From positions 682,001 through 746,000 of the forward strand of contig SMSO01000025.1 of assembly GCA_004764695.1 (NCBI GenBank): 64,000 nucleotides of DNA, written 5' to 3'. The notes under the pieces were generated by a model. The model was not told the DNA's origin. It did not search any database and was given only the letters and a program-made list of their open reading frames with translations. Below, one piece after another: positions 1-12,121 of the stretch; position 1 is the first letter of the stretch; each line of letters opens with the position of its first letter. Both the position numbers and the translations under genes were made by a program. The DNA comes from Schizochytrium sp. TIO01. Its lineage: Eukaryota > Protista > Bigyra: Labyrinthulomycetes.

Positions 1-852
1 GTTGGTCTTTATCTATCCAAAATTGCTGGTTTCCTTAGTCGATACTCTCCGTCACTGTCGGGGCCTCTGAACTGTGCCAGTGGGGATTCCTATTGTGCCC
101 CCTGTCTCTCGGATAACTTCCGAGGTCTCTTCCAGGAGGCTTGCCTTCAAAGGAGGGGAATGGGGGTCCTGGTGGGAGTCCGCGCACCCCGCGGGCGCTC
201 ACTTTGGTTTCACACGCAGTATGACGCATACAATGATAGGGCCCAAGCAGAGGCCGAATGCTTGCGCAATGCTCGACCCAGACACCTCTAGATACTACTG
301 TTTCTCACTGCTATTGATTATTATTATTATTGTTATTACTATTATTAAAATAAATAATAAATAAATAAATAAATAAAATAATATAAAATAATTTAATGAG
401 TTTTTAGATTAATTAATCTAAAAGAAGCGATTGGGGCTTCCGCTTGATCAGGTTACTATGGAATAGATTCAGAAATAAAGAAAGCTATAAGTCAAAATAT
501 GGGGATGAAAACCCAGAAAACTCGACCGACCGTGATGATGACGGATAGTGACGCTTATATCCTCCTGCTCACGAGTATCTTTCCACACTGGCCGGTGCTG
601 AGGAGGCGATTTCAATTATCGCGGGGTTATCGAAGAAGGTCGATCAGCGAAGGTTTCGTGAAAGTCTCTTTTTCTATTCATTCGTTGGTTCGTTCTGTGT
701 GTGTGTTAATTTCTTCATTTGTTTGCTTGTTCGTTTATTTCTGTTTTCTATTGATCTGAGTCTTTAATCCAAAAATAAAAATAAAGAGGTGCGCGAATGG
801 TGGTTAATAGTTCAGGAAACTGGTAGCTCGGAGGATTTTGTTTCTATTTATC

Positions 853-910
853 TGTTTGTTTGTTTGTTTGTTTGTTTGTTTGTTTGTTTGTTTGTTTGTT
901 TGTTTGTTTG
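853..910. repeat. (TGTT)n microsatellite
   Basis: About 14 perfect units visible. Confidence 0.95.
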
Positions 911-3900
911 AGCAAACCGGACACACCGAAGGGCGAAGCGAGACGGTCCTGTCACACGCACGACAGTAAGTGCGGCTAATCTAAAAGGAGTGCGGCGGCT
1001 CGCCCGCTCTCCTGCCTGCACCCGCCTGCTCGTGCCGCGCGCCTGCAAAGCCCTTGTGCACCGCGCTTTCATGAGTTTGTTCCTTTCACATTTCAGAACT
1101 CAACAACGATGGATTTGACGCACCAGACTAAAAGAAAAGAAACCAAAAACAAACGAAAAAACAAAACAAATACACATGAGCCAAGAAAAGACCAAAAGAA
1201 AAAAAAAAAAAACACCAAAGAGAATCTGCAGTAGTAAAATGCATAATTCTTCGCACCCTAACAGCGATGTCCTCCCCTCTCTCGCGCTCTGCCGCGCGAG
1301 GGCAATAAAGAACCTTGAGCAATAGTGCACACACGGTCAGACAGAAAGGCTGACCGGAAAGTGGCAAATCGCTTTGATCTAACCTGAGCTATAGCTCAAC
1401 TAAAAGGGGATAGATGCCATCTCTCATCTCTAACATTGAACTGTTCTTGTCCAATCGCGTGAACTAGCTACATCTATTTATTATTATTGTTATTACTATT
1501 ATTAATTTATAATAATAACTATCATCAGAAAGATAAGATAAGAAAAGAAAAAAGAAAACCAACACCTATGAATGAATCAATAAATAGTTCATGTGTGAAG
1601 TTAGAAGCACGAATGAATGAATGAATGAGCGAGTGAGTGAGTGAATGAATGAATGAATATTCATTCATTCGTTCATCGCGCTTTCTCAATCGCAGCCTCG
1701 GTACTTCGTTCACGACCTCGTGTGCGATCAAGGCTCGGGCGGAGCCCTTCTGCGAGCGAGCGAGCGTCCACTCTGGCTGCGACGACGCCGGGCTCGTCGG
1801 CACCTCTGTCTGCAGCACCTCTGTCTGTCAGTCTGCTCGACCATTACAATACACCACAGTAGATACTGCTAGAGGTGGCGCTGCCCGTGTCTGACTCAAA
1901 CAAATCGCAGACAACAGCAGATCACTCCAGCATCAGCATCGGCATCAGCATCGGCAGCACGAGAATCATAATCGAGAGCCTCGATCTCCTTGAGGCGCTT
2001 CGGTCTGCTCTGCGGAGCGAGTTTCACGATAGGTCATTTGTCGCGAGCTCTCAAGGAGCACGGCGCAGATTTCCATGACGGCGCCGTGCACGTGTAGATT
2101 ATGCCTAGATAATTAGGAGGTGGTCTAGCTATCTATCTTCTGCTGCAGAAGCGGCGAAAGCAGCGAAAGCAACAGTGAGTGACAGAACCCGAAGAATTCT
2201 CTCTACGATGGAAGGTACCTCTAGAGCTAGCTAGTTAGCTAGCTAGCTAGCTTGGAGTGCGTGCAGGCATCAAAGACGATAGGAAATATGTGTTACTGTT
2301 AGGATTTGGGTGCGCTGCTGCACTTGGGCAAAAGTAGTTGTGAGCTGTCGCTGCTGCTCTAGAGGTCGTCGATTCGGCTGTGAATCAGTGTGGATGGACC
2401 AATCTTGAAATGAATGAATCAGTCAGTCAGACACAATCTTGAAGAAAGAAAGAAAGAAAGTAAGTGAGTAAGCGAGTAAGGATGTTGTGTTGTGTTGATA
2501 GTCCGCTGATTCTGTTGGGTTTTTTATTTTAAAAATATGAAATTAAAGGTTCGTTAGTTCGCTAGTGCACGCAGTAGGGATGCTAGCGCTGCGAGAAGAT
2601 GGTATATGAGCAGTGACACCTGAAATCCTTGCTTCGTGAGAAGAAGTAGGAGGAATAAATGAGGTGGACGTACGCTTCGAAGTTCGTCGAGCGATAATGG
2701 GAATAATGCCGCTTTTGACGGGCTGGTTTGCAAAGAGCTCGCAAACAGCGACTGCAAGCGTTTTGTATCTTGAAATGAATGTGCGTTTCAAGTTGGGCAA
2801 GATGTTATAGGATGTTGCTTATCTGTGTTGATTGAAAGCGAGGAAATTTAAAGATTGTTAGAAAGAATCAAACACTTTGAAAAGATTAAAAATATATTAA
2901 AAAATTATATATATATTAAATTAATATTTTGTTTTTCATATAAATTTTAAGTTATGAAGTAGTTCAACTGAATTGGTTATCGAAGTTTCTTTTCCTCCTC
3001 ACTCACGATTTTAATGGCGATCAAGATACGCATGCATCGACGACTACTTTAGCTGCTTCTCGCTGCAGGCCGGAGGTGTGATCGCGACGGGTGCGCATAA
3101 AAAGGCCGTCCGAGACTATTATCCTTCTCGTTGTCTTCATTGCTTTGCTGCTTTCTTTACTTCTTCTTTCTTTTTGTCGGTCGGTCGGCGGTCAAGCTGA
3201 GCCGAGCGGGCTGACAAACTTGCTAACCAACTTGATAACCATAGATAACTAGCGCTAGCTACATACTAACTTACTAAATAGCTAGCTAACCCACTAGGTG
3301 CCGAGCAAGAAAACATTAAAACGATAACTCTATTTTTTATTTTCTTATCGCTTCTTTCTTTCTTTCTTTCTTTCTTTCTTAACGTTTTTTACAATCAACA
3401 TGTTATTTTTTCAAAGGCCGGCGAAGGTGAAAGGAGGTCAGCACCACCTGAAGATATCATGATGATGTCTTTAATTATAAAAAGAAAAGGACAGACAAGA
3501 AAGAAAGCCCTGATGATGATGATGATATGCAATTTTCGATGGCGGTGAGAATTGCCTTGGAAGCACGAGCGCTGCTGGAAGAAAGTCCTTCGCTCTCCTC
3601 AGAGAAGTGATACCTGTCTTCTCTCATTGCAGATTCTTCTGATGCCCAGTTTCTGCAGGAATCTTACTCCAATACCTTTAATGTGCACTGAGCATTTTCA
3701 GTGTCAGTGTGATGAGAGGACTGAAAATATGAGTAGACTTGAAAAAAGCATTTTAGGAGGAGAAGGTAGGGAACTTATTTCCCTTGGTTTCGGCCAGTGT
3801 GATGAGTGACAGTGGGGAGATGCCTTACTTCCAAAAATGATTGCGAATCCAAGACGTCGCGTCGCAAGCACTGCAGGCGGTAATAGGAGCCTAAGCCCTG

Positions 3901-3959
3901 CAGTAGCAAGCTTAGAGGCAGCTTGATCCTAAGAGGTTATAACCTCAAATTGAAAAGGC

Positions 3960-3960
3960 A

Positions 3961-4024
<64 letters not shown>

Positions 4025-4025
4025 A
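3960..4025. repeat. (AAAG)n microsatellite
   Basis: About 16 perfect units visible. Confidence 0.95.
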
Positions 4026-4573
4026 AAGATCATGAAGTATAAGTTGACTTTGCGAGAATAATGCGAGAGATAGCGATTACGCGCTGATGCCTTCGGTGTT
4101 CGTTCGGGACAGGCCCCTCGAGGTACTCTCGCTGCTCGGCCGATGTCCGAAGTTTCCAGGCCTGTGAATTACAGCAGCTGTTATCTTAGACTCGCCTGCT
4201 TTTTTTTTTTTTTTTTTTTTTTTTTCTGCGTGTTCCTCAAATTTATTTTAAAAAAATCGTCGTTGGGTGGCTTCACACTTCTTGATCAGATTGATGTGTA
4301 TTTCAAGAACATGAGGAGTCTGTATCTGTATGATAATGGGGATTGTAGTAGAATTTCAATGATATTAAAAACGGAGGAGAGAAGAAAGGTGCTATTTTTT
4401 AAATATAGTGTTTTAATGTTTGCTCTTCTATTTGGATAATTCGATTTGTTTGTTGCAGTGTTTTCTCGAGCGCTACATGGCTATTCGATTCCTGAGCCTG
4501 ATGCTTGCGAGCATCGTCGTCACCGGCATCGTCGCCAAGCCGAGGCTGCACCTTTAAATGGGTTGAGCTGCGA

Positions 4574-4619
4574 GCTCTTGGTAGCCTTTTGCGGGGGCTC
4601 TTGGTAGCCTTTTGCGGGG
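4574..4619. repeat. 23-bp tandem duplication GCTCTTGGTAGCCTTTTGCGGGG x2
   Basis: Two adjacent identical copies. Confidence 0.85.
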
Positions 4620-6126
4620 TCTAAGTCTCGAGCTTGCAAAAAGCTCATTTCCCCCCAAAGAGAGCACAAGATTGACTCTTTCCGAGACACATCGAGAGGT
4701 CTCATCCAAGATCTGCAGAAGGTTTATGTATAGTATGCAAAAGAGGTGGATATTTAGATAGATAAGGATCAGGAAAGCCTAAGTGTAGTGAGCGATGAGT
4801 TTCATACGAACTCGAGGACGCAGGAAGAATCGCAGCCGATTCAGAAGGTTTACTTACCTGCTGCCACAGTGCTCTCGAGTCGTGCAGACTTTAGTCGAGG
4901 TATACGTTGGCATGCATCGATGCGTGTTAGTTTGTCTTCTTCATTAGTTCATCCACTTCTTTATTGATGTGTTGTCTGTTTATTTGTATATTTATGGATT
5001 CACTGCCGCCGGTGTGTCCTCTTTTCAAGAAATCAAAGTTATAAATTTGTTGCGGCTCCAGCGCGCTGGGAGACGAGCGAGGGAGAAAGGACTTACTTAG
5101 GGAGCTAGCTAGCTGGCCCTAGCAAGGCAATTGATTGACTTCTTATTGTTTGCATGGTCTCTGATGATGTTATGATTTTGGTGAATTGTGATGAGCAAAA
5201 GACAGAGAGCTGGGAAAGAAAAGGTCTGCTGTCAGTGATTCGGGAGGGATTGCGAGGTAAGTGAGGAGTGGTGTGCTGAGGGGCTTCTTAGGCGGCTGAC
5301 GAGTACGTAAGTGAGGTGGCGCAGGAATACTCAGGGCTGTAGATGGATGTCGTACATTGGGGCTCAAAGAATGAGGTGTGTCTCTCTGAAGATAAGGAGG
5401 GTGTTTTAATTTTTTAGAATAATGTTTTCAGGTTTTAATTTAAAAAAAAAAAAAAAAAAGCGAAAAGAAATAAATCTGGACAAGTTTGCTACTGTTGACT
5501 ATACTTACTTCCTTTGAACAAGCACAGATAACTAGAGAGATAATAGAGGGTGGCAGTAGCATGGCTTTTAGTTTCAAGCTTTCTTCCTTTCGTTCGTTCA
5601 TTCACCGCTTTTAGGAAACTTGGTGAATGACGGATGTTGTAAGCGCGATGGAGGAAAGGCCCCTTTCATTAGGAAGGTCAGTGAAAAGTGGAAGCATCTG
5701 AGAAAGAACTACACAACGCCAGCCTAGCAATAAAAAAACTCAGCAAAAACAGAGACAGAACAACTCTTGTTGGGATGACGAATGACAGTCGTAGAGACTC
5801 AGGCAACAACGTGTCATACTCGTCCTTCCTTTACTGGCGAATTGTAGAATGACTTCTGGTTTGACTATTTCGAAGAAAGAATATTTAAATTAAAACGTTT
5901 TGTTATGTTAAAACATTTGTTTTAAAATTCTAATTTACAAAAAGGATGCTTTGAATTAAAACAGTTTTTAATTAAAGTGAAAATTTTAATTTATAATCTT
6001 GTCTTTTCTTTTCAATGATCGATCGAGCCGCCAGCCGACAACCAGTCAGGCTGGCAGCAACAGCAAACCCGCAAATCCGCAACATCCAGATTGTGAACAT
6101 TCAAAGTACAACAACCACATAGTATA

Positions 6127-7134
6127 ATGGTGCAGCTTTGGGAGAAGGGCGAGAACTACTCGTCTGATCAGTTCGTTGGCGCCATCAACTACGCCAGCAA
6201 GAACACCGTGGACAACCAGGACGACGAGAAGAACTACGCCCCCGTTGTGAAGAGCTTCTACGCCTCCGTTGCCACCAGCCTCTACGAGTACGGCTGGGGC
6301 AAGTCCTTCCACTTTGCTCCCCGCAACAAGGGTGAGGGCTTCCACGCCTCTCTCCTCCGCCAGGAGCACTGGCTTGCCGGCCAGCTCGGAATCCGCCCTG
6401 GCCAGGATGTCTGTGATCTCGGCTGCGGTGTCTGCGGTCCCCTTGTGAACATTGCCAAGTTCACCCGCGCCAACATCACCGGTATCACTATCTCTGACTT
6501 CCAGATCGCTCGCGGTAACGCCTGGATCGCCAAGAACAACCTCTCCAACCGCTGCAAGGCCATCGAGGGTGACTTCCACGAGCTCCCCTTCGCGGACAAC
6601 TCCTTCGATGCCGGTTACGACATGGAGGCCACTGCCCACTCCACTAAGCTCAACCAGTTCTTCTCTGAGGTTCACCGTGTGCTCCGCCCCGGTGGTGTCT
6701 TCGGTGGCTTCGCCTGGGTGACCCTCCCCAAGTACAACCCGGAAGACAAGGTCGAGAAGAAGATCCTCGATGACCTCGCCTTCTCCAACGCTATTGCCAT
6801 CCTTCACAGCTTCGACGACTACGTCGCCGCCATCAAAGCAAACCCTGGTCTTGAGCTCGTTGAGGCCTACGATGCCAACAAGCTCGGCGACGACTTCGAG
6901 TGGTACGACCCCCTCCAGCCTGGCTTCTCCCTCGAGGGTATCCTCCGCTCTTGGGCTGGCCGCCAGTTCACCTCTGTTTTGACCCGCATCACCGAGGCCA
7001 TCGGCCTTGCCCCCAAGGGTACCTACCAGGCTTCCCAGGTTCTCGAGATCGCTGCCCAGTCCCTCGTTGAGTCCGGTGTCCGCGGTATCTACACCCCCAT
7101 CTACTACTACAAGGTCCGAAAGGTCTCCAACTAA
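6127..7134 (+). CDS. SMT1: Sterol C24-methyltransferase (SMT1/ERG6 family), 335 aa, single exon
   Basis: Region I YEYGWGKSFHFA, SAM-binding VCDLGCGVCGP, region III MEATAH, region IV EVHRVLRPGG, C-terminal GLAPKGT...L...A..LV..G..GIYTP. Strong C/G-ending codon bias. Confidence 0.95.
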   Translation: MVQLWEKGENYSSDQFVGAINYASKNTVDNQDDEKNYAPVVKSFYASVATSLYEYGWGKSFHFAPRNKGEGFHASLLRQEHWLAGQLGIRPGQDVCDLGCGVCGPLVNIAKFTRANITGITISDFQIARGNAWIAKNNLSNRCKAIEGDFHELPFADNSFDAGYDMEATAHSTKLNQFFSEVHRVLRPGGVFGGFAWVTLPKYNPEDKVEKKILDDLAFSNAIAILHSFDDYVAAIKANPGLELVEAYDANKLGDDFEWYDPLQPGFSLEGILRSWAGRQFTSVLTRITEAIGLAPKGTYQASQVLEIAAQSLVESGVRGIYTPIYYYKVRKVSN

Positions 7135-7785
7135 AATTGTGTAACGTAAAATTTTGGGCTTGTGATGTGAATACGCTCATCTTTTTTTACTTTTTTGATT
7201 CAACATGTTTCTTTCTACCTCTTTGTTCGTTTCTGTTTCTTTTTTCTCCGTCTCATGGATAAAATATCCACGGTCTCGCGCGTCTATTTTCTCCGTGCGT
7301 ATTGTTCTGTATGATTACCGGTTTAAATTTCTTGATTCGCCTGACTTGGCCACAGTCTTGTACTATTCAAAGTCAGATCTTTGCATCTTTCGTTCTTGTG
7401 CGATGTCACACTTACAAATTGATTGGCACGTACAGAGGCATCATTTCTTGACTCTAACTAGCCACAAGGTTCTACACTCAGCGTTGCATATACATTATAG
7501 ATTGTAGGGATGGACAAGTTCATTTGACAAAATCATCTAGAAGTCTGAGGAAGACATCTTGTGAATATATATATATATATTTACAAACTCAATGAATACG
7601 GTGAATGTTTAGAAGGTGTGATCGATTCTTAACTATGTTTTAGAAATGGATATACTGAGCCTCTTTCAATGAAATTCTTTCGGCCATGAGAAATTCATAA
7701 TTCCTGAAAGGATAATAATGTATTCTTGTGATTCGACAAGTCACCATCTTTAAAGATGAAAAGATGTATGATTCAACACCCATTT

Positions 7786-10700
7786 CTATTCCTCCTGTAC
7801 ATGTAGCATCGACATCTGCGCAAAGCGACTGCCAGGGATCAACGAAGGTGCCGTAGGAACGAAAGCTGCGCCCCGTTCTTTGGCGAAGGCAGACATCGAT
7901 GGGTGTTCATCTTCCCCATAATCCCAGGGCGGCCTTTCCTCAAGCTGCACCCGTGGCCGAGGCTTAAATTTAGTTCTGCTTCCGTTTTCTTCCCGAGGAG
8001 TCCGCGATGGTGATCGACCAACTCGTTTACCGACTGATGGAGATGGCACATGCGATGTAGTCACGCTCAGTGGCTCTCTTCTTCTATTGCTGCTTGGAGA
8101 CACTTCCGATGGCTTATTCCACGCTTGCTTTTTCACAGACGTCCCTTTGGTACTAGAGCTTGGCTTACGATGTGGAGAACTCACGGCATATGATGGGTAC
8201 TTGCCTTTGCTCGCAGCAAGTTTCCATTGCTTATATGCACGCTTGCTTTGCGCCTTGCGTTCCCTTTCAACGGCTTCCTCTTCTTGTGCAGCAGCTTTTG
8301 CTGCTTTCAATTCACGTTTCTTTGCTTTCGCCTTGTTTCTTGACCATTTCTTGAAGTTAGCCTCGGCACGTGCACGACGATCGTCCTGCGTTTGTGCAAG
8401 CACTTCAGTAGCTTCATCGCGGGGTCTGAAACCTGACGCGAGAAGAATTTCTTCCTCATACTTGCGACGGAGATTTGTTCGATATGCACTCTTGTCTTTA
8501 GCTTCCTTTAGTTCCTCTTTACCACGTGTCGTCAGTATGAATTCTTCTACACGATCATGGGCAGAAACTACTGGAGAAAGCAGATCAAGTGCCTCATCAC
8601 GTGTGCGCGGGTCAGCAGATAAGGAGTTCAACAATGATTCAAAAGATTCACGGAATTCAGCATAGGTAATAAGAAACTCACCAGCGCTGATGGCTGTACT
8701 CGCCTTGACCAATTCCTCAACGCCCTTACGTCCAGCCTCTGCTACACTTGCATCTGTTTTGCGTTTGATGAATGCAGCGATGGTTTTATCCGCATCTAGG
8801 CCTGCATAGCGTGAGCTACGGCAAACTGCATAACCACGGGTATCATCTTTTAAGTGATCATAGGTTCGACCCACCAAGCCACGTATTTTGTCAAAGAGCG
8901 CCGAGGCAACCATCACATAGTCAGTGCCTCCAATTGTAAGAGGTTGGCTAAGTCTCTTCGTAAGCTCCCACTTAGAGAGCGCGCGCCGTTTTTTCTTCCG
9001 AGATTCCTCACGCCGCACAATCCAATCTTGAAAGCTGCCGCTTGCAAGGCCAGACTCTGACGCTTTACAGAATTCGAGGAAAAGATCAACGCGTGGCTCA
9101 ACTTGCTCCTTGAGCGCCTTAGTTTCCCTTTCTAAAGCCTCTTCCAGCAGCTCTGCTTCAGCATCTTGTATCTTCATGTGAAGAGCACGCTTACGTATGG
9201 CAGCACGACCTTCCGAGCTTTCAAGCCAATCTTGAGCACGCCCCTTAGCTTCTCCAGGGATAGCATCAAGTGGCAAAATTTGTTCTTGGCTAATCAAGCG
9301 CTGTAAGAGATCCGGTGATTTACGAAGATCTGACATTGCCCGGAGATCGCCTCCGAGAGCAGCCATCAAGTGATCCATATGCTCTTGAGTAGTTTGCCGT
9401 GCACCTGCACGTTTTGAATGAAGCCAAGCTTCGCGGTCAATTGCACGAGACAAACGCAATGAACTCAGCCAGCGCAATAAAGCTGCTACAGTAACTTGTG
9501 GATCACTTTCTGCGCCAACACTTGTTTGGAGGGCGTGTTCTTGCAATGCGCGCGCATGTGCCTCTACATCTAGCTCAATTGTTGTGCGCAACATCTCACT
9601 GAATTCATGGAGTTGAGTTGAAGAAAAATCTACTTGCAAACTTGCTCGAAACGCATTGCGTAAATTTCGTTCACTAATACAATCTCGCTGAGAACTCACG
9701 CTTGCCACAGAGTGTAACATTGTGGGAATTCTTCCACCAACGCTCCATTTCCACGACTGGACGGCGTCTCGGACACGCTCAAATAGAGGCTGAGCGTTGC
9801 TTGATGGACGTTCAGAGTCTTGGCGGAAGCGTTCCCGCAAGTGCAGCTCGACGGAGCCATCGACTTCGGCAAGCACTGGTTGTGTCAAAAAAGAGGTCTC
9901 TCCAGTCTCCATAGCACCAAAGCGCCGTGGACTGCGCGCTTTTGACTTGAGTACAAGAGGCATGTACCGCACAAACGATGCGTCGCGATGATCTTCAAGG
10001 GCAGCGCATAGCTCATGCAAATTATGAGGATCCAGAACTCGTTGTACATCATTTACAAAGACTTCTGATGACCCAGCACAAAGACCAAGTAAAAGCGCAG
10101 AAAATGCCGTTTCAAAGACTGATTGAGGTAAACTTGTGCGCTTTTCAAGGTCATAATTTGCAAACCATTTTTGAAGGTTCACTCCCCGATGGTGAGCCTC
10201 GACGCACAAATTAGTAGCACATGAAAGAACATCCCAGTCTTCACCCCATTCGTCGTCATCAAAGTCGTCCATTTCCCTTCGCATCTCATCGTCAATATCA
10301 TTTAATGGCTCAAGTTGCACATCAGACGGTCCTTTATTGCGAATATTTTCTTTCCTGTCACGGACAACCGTACCATTACCACTTCGTACAGACCCTCGCC
10401 CAACTTTAGCTTCTTTGGTTGCAGAAATTGGCGAGGGTCGTTTATCAGAGCGCCGGCGATTGGTAGCAACAGGGGAGCCTTTCTTCTCAGCACCATGTCG
10501 GTGGCGCCTTGATAACTTAGTTTCTTCCAGACCAACAGATCTTGAGATAGAGAGCGGAGCAGGTGGTGGTGGTTGAGGCATGCCTGCATCATGCAGCGAA
10601 GAAGTTAACGGAAAATTATTGTCTGCGTCTCCATCAAACGCAAGATCAAGGTCAAAGTCAACGTCAGCACCCGGCTTGGGTGCGAGGAGAGCACTGAAGG

Positions 10701-11646
10701 CCTCTAAGCTGTTCCCTACAGCGTCATGTTCGCCTTCATCCTCATCCTCATCGAAGCTATCCTCGTAGTCTTCATCCTCATCCTCATCCTCACCATCCTC
10801 AAAATCTATGGCATAAGGTTCGAGGTCAAACTGATCCACAAGTAGACGTTCCATACCGAGTTTAGAAAGATCAGAGTGCAATTCCTCCTCACCTTGAAGT
10901 TGATAAAGCTCAAGGAAACTGGAGAATGGCAAATGCCCATGCTTATCCAGCGAAAGACCTACACGAGCAAAGTTCTCGTGCATCGAGCTAGCATCGGGAA
11001 GAACTTCGTCAGACCCGATCGCATTTTGGAATGCATTAACCTCCGAAAAAGAGAGACCGCCATCATGGTCTGTATCAAATCTCCAAAAGACGAGACGCAG
11101 TTTGTACACGCCCAGCGCAGAAAGTCCTTTTGTGCGAACGTCAACAAGACCTTGGCCAGGTTCAATGAGGCTCCAATTAGCAGGCCCAGCATCTGCTAGG
11201 GATCCTGTTGAGAAGTCAAAAACCGAGGCCCAATTACCCTCTCCATGAATCTCAAGCCCAGCTTGTGTGTGGAGGTTGGGCAACATTGGATGTGATGCAT
11301 TATAAGCTCCAAAATAAAGTGCTGAGCTTTTCTCAACAATGGGGTCGGTTTGGACCATAAGGAAGAACGTGCAGTCATGGGATTCTAATACGCGGAATTG
11401 CTTGAGTGCCATTGTAAAGATGCTGCCTCGGCAGTGCTTGAGAATACAACTCCCTGCATTTGCAGCTAGAAAAAGGCGACAGTTGACGAGGCGCTCGCAA
11501 GATACCTGGCCCACAACATCGAGCACGACCACCTCGCAGTTAGCCAGATCCGAAAGCGTTAAAGCACGACCCGAGGTTTCTCCAGGGCCTAGCACGATGG
11601 TTTTGCCCTTTTGGCCGGCCAGCACGAGGTCCGGAGTCTCGGCCAT
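7786..11646 (-). CDS. RP2/tubulin-binding cofactor C (TBCC) domain protein with EF-hands and C-terminal coiled coil, 1286 aa (N-terminus may extend to 11735)
   Basis: N-terminal beta-helix pattern LSDLANCEVVVLD...CERLVNCRLFL...GSCILKHC...KQFRVLESHDCTFFLMVQTDPIVEKS and NWASVFDFS, typical of TBCC/RP2. EF-hand FDTDHDGGLSFSE. Charged helical C-terminus. Confidence 0.85.
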   Translation of the reverse strand: MAETPDLVLAGQKGKTIVLGPGETSGRALTLSDLANCEVVVLDVVGQVSCERLVNCRLFLAANAGSCILKHCRGSIFTMALKQFRVLESHDCTFFLMVQTDPIVEKSSALYFGAYNASHPMLPNLHTQAGLEIHGEGNWASVFDFSTGSLADAGPANWSLIEPGQGLVDVRTKGLSALGVYKLRLVFWRFDTDHDGGLSFSEVNAFQNAIGSDEVLPDASSMHENFARVGLSLDKHGHLPFSSFLELYQLQGEEELHSDLSKLGMERLLVDQFDLEPYAIDFEDGEDEDEDEDYEDSFDEDEDEGEHDAVGNSLEAFSALLAPKPGADVDFDLDLAFDGDADNNFPLTSSLHDAGMPQPPPPAPLSISRSVGLEETKLSRRHRHGAEKKGSPVATNRRRSDKRPSPISATKEAKVGRGSVRSGNGTVVRDRKENIRNKGPSDVQLEPLNDIDDEMRREMDDFDDDEWGEDWDVLSCATNLCVEAHHRGVNLQKWFANYDLEKRTSLPQSVFETAFSALLLGLCAGSSEVFVNDVQRVLDPHNLHELCAALEDHRDASFVRYMPLVLKSKARSPRRFGAMETGETSFLTQPVLAEVDGSVELHLRERFRQDSERPSSNAQPLFERVRDAVQSWKWSVGGRIPTMLHSVASVSSQRDCISERNLRNAFRASLQVDFSSTQLHEFSEMLRTTIELDVEAHARALQEHALQTSVGAESDPQVTVAALLRWLSSLRLSRAIDREAWLHSKRAGARQTTQEHMDHLMAALGGDLRAMSDLRKSPDLLQRLISQEQILPLDAIPGEAKGRAQDWLESSEGRAAIRKRALHMKIQDAEAELLEEALERETKALKEQVEPRVDLFLEFCKASESGLASGSFQDWIVRREESRKKKRRALSKWELTKRLSQPLTIGGTDYVMVASALFDKIRGLVGRTYDHLKDDTRGYAVCRSSRYAGLDADKTIAAFIKRKTDASVAEAGRKGVEELVKASTAISAGEFLITYAEFRESFESLLNSLSADPRTRDEALDLLSPVVSAHDRVEEFILTTRGKEELKEAKDKSAYRTNLRRKYEEEILLASGFRPRDEATEVLAQTQDDRRARAEANFKKWSRNKAKAKKRELKAAKAAAQEEEAVERERKAQSKRAYKQWKLAASKGKYPSYAVSSPHRKPSSSTKGTSVKKQAWNKPSEVSPSSNRRREPLSVTTSHVPSPSVGKRVGRSPSRTPREENGSRTKFKPRPRVQLEERPPWDYGEDEHPSMSAFAKERGAAFVPTAPSLIPGSRFAQMSMLHVQEE

Positions 11647-12121
11647 CGAGCTGAGCTTGCCCAGGACTTTGCCGCGACCTTCGCTGCCTTAGCTTTGGTC
11701 TGCCCTGATCGGCTTTGGATTGATTTGATTCCCATTCACAATCTCGCCTACGGGTAAGAAAAAAAGACAAGAAATTAGATACCAGTAGATACTATAGGTC
11801 CCGCGGAGAGACTAACAGCTTTCCTGTACAATAAACGGCTGTCTGTATCTATAACCCATTTGAACTCTCTATTCTCTACTGTAGCCTGTGTTGCGTTACT
11901 ATCAAGAACCTACTTTTATAGTAGCTTATGCACCAAGAAAAACCGCCGCTCAAGGGCCTACTTGTATCACTAGTACCTATCTCAAGTAGGTGCTACTAGG
12001 TAGTTAGTTATTCGACGGGAAGGGACCCAAGCAATCAGACCAATGCAATTTGGGCTCACAGCACACTGCTGGGGCAGAATTGGTTTGGTAGAAATATTGG
12101 CCCGTAAACACTTGGGGGAGC

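Noticed and set aside
3705-3806. Twice-repeated CAGTGTGATGAG containing box C-like GTGATGA
   Set aside because: No correctly spaced terminal box D or closing stem; snoRNA not supportable without an Rfam/snoscan run.
6046-6807. 253-aa antisense ORF over SMT1
   Set aside because: Shadow ORF expected from the strong codon bias of the sense gene; no motifs.
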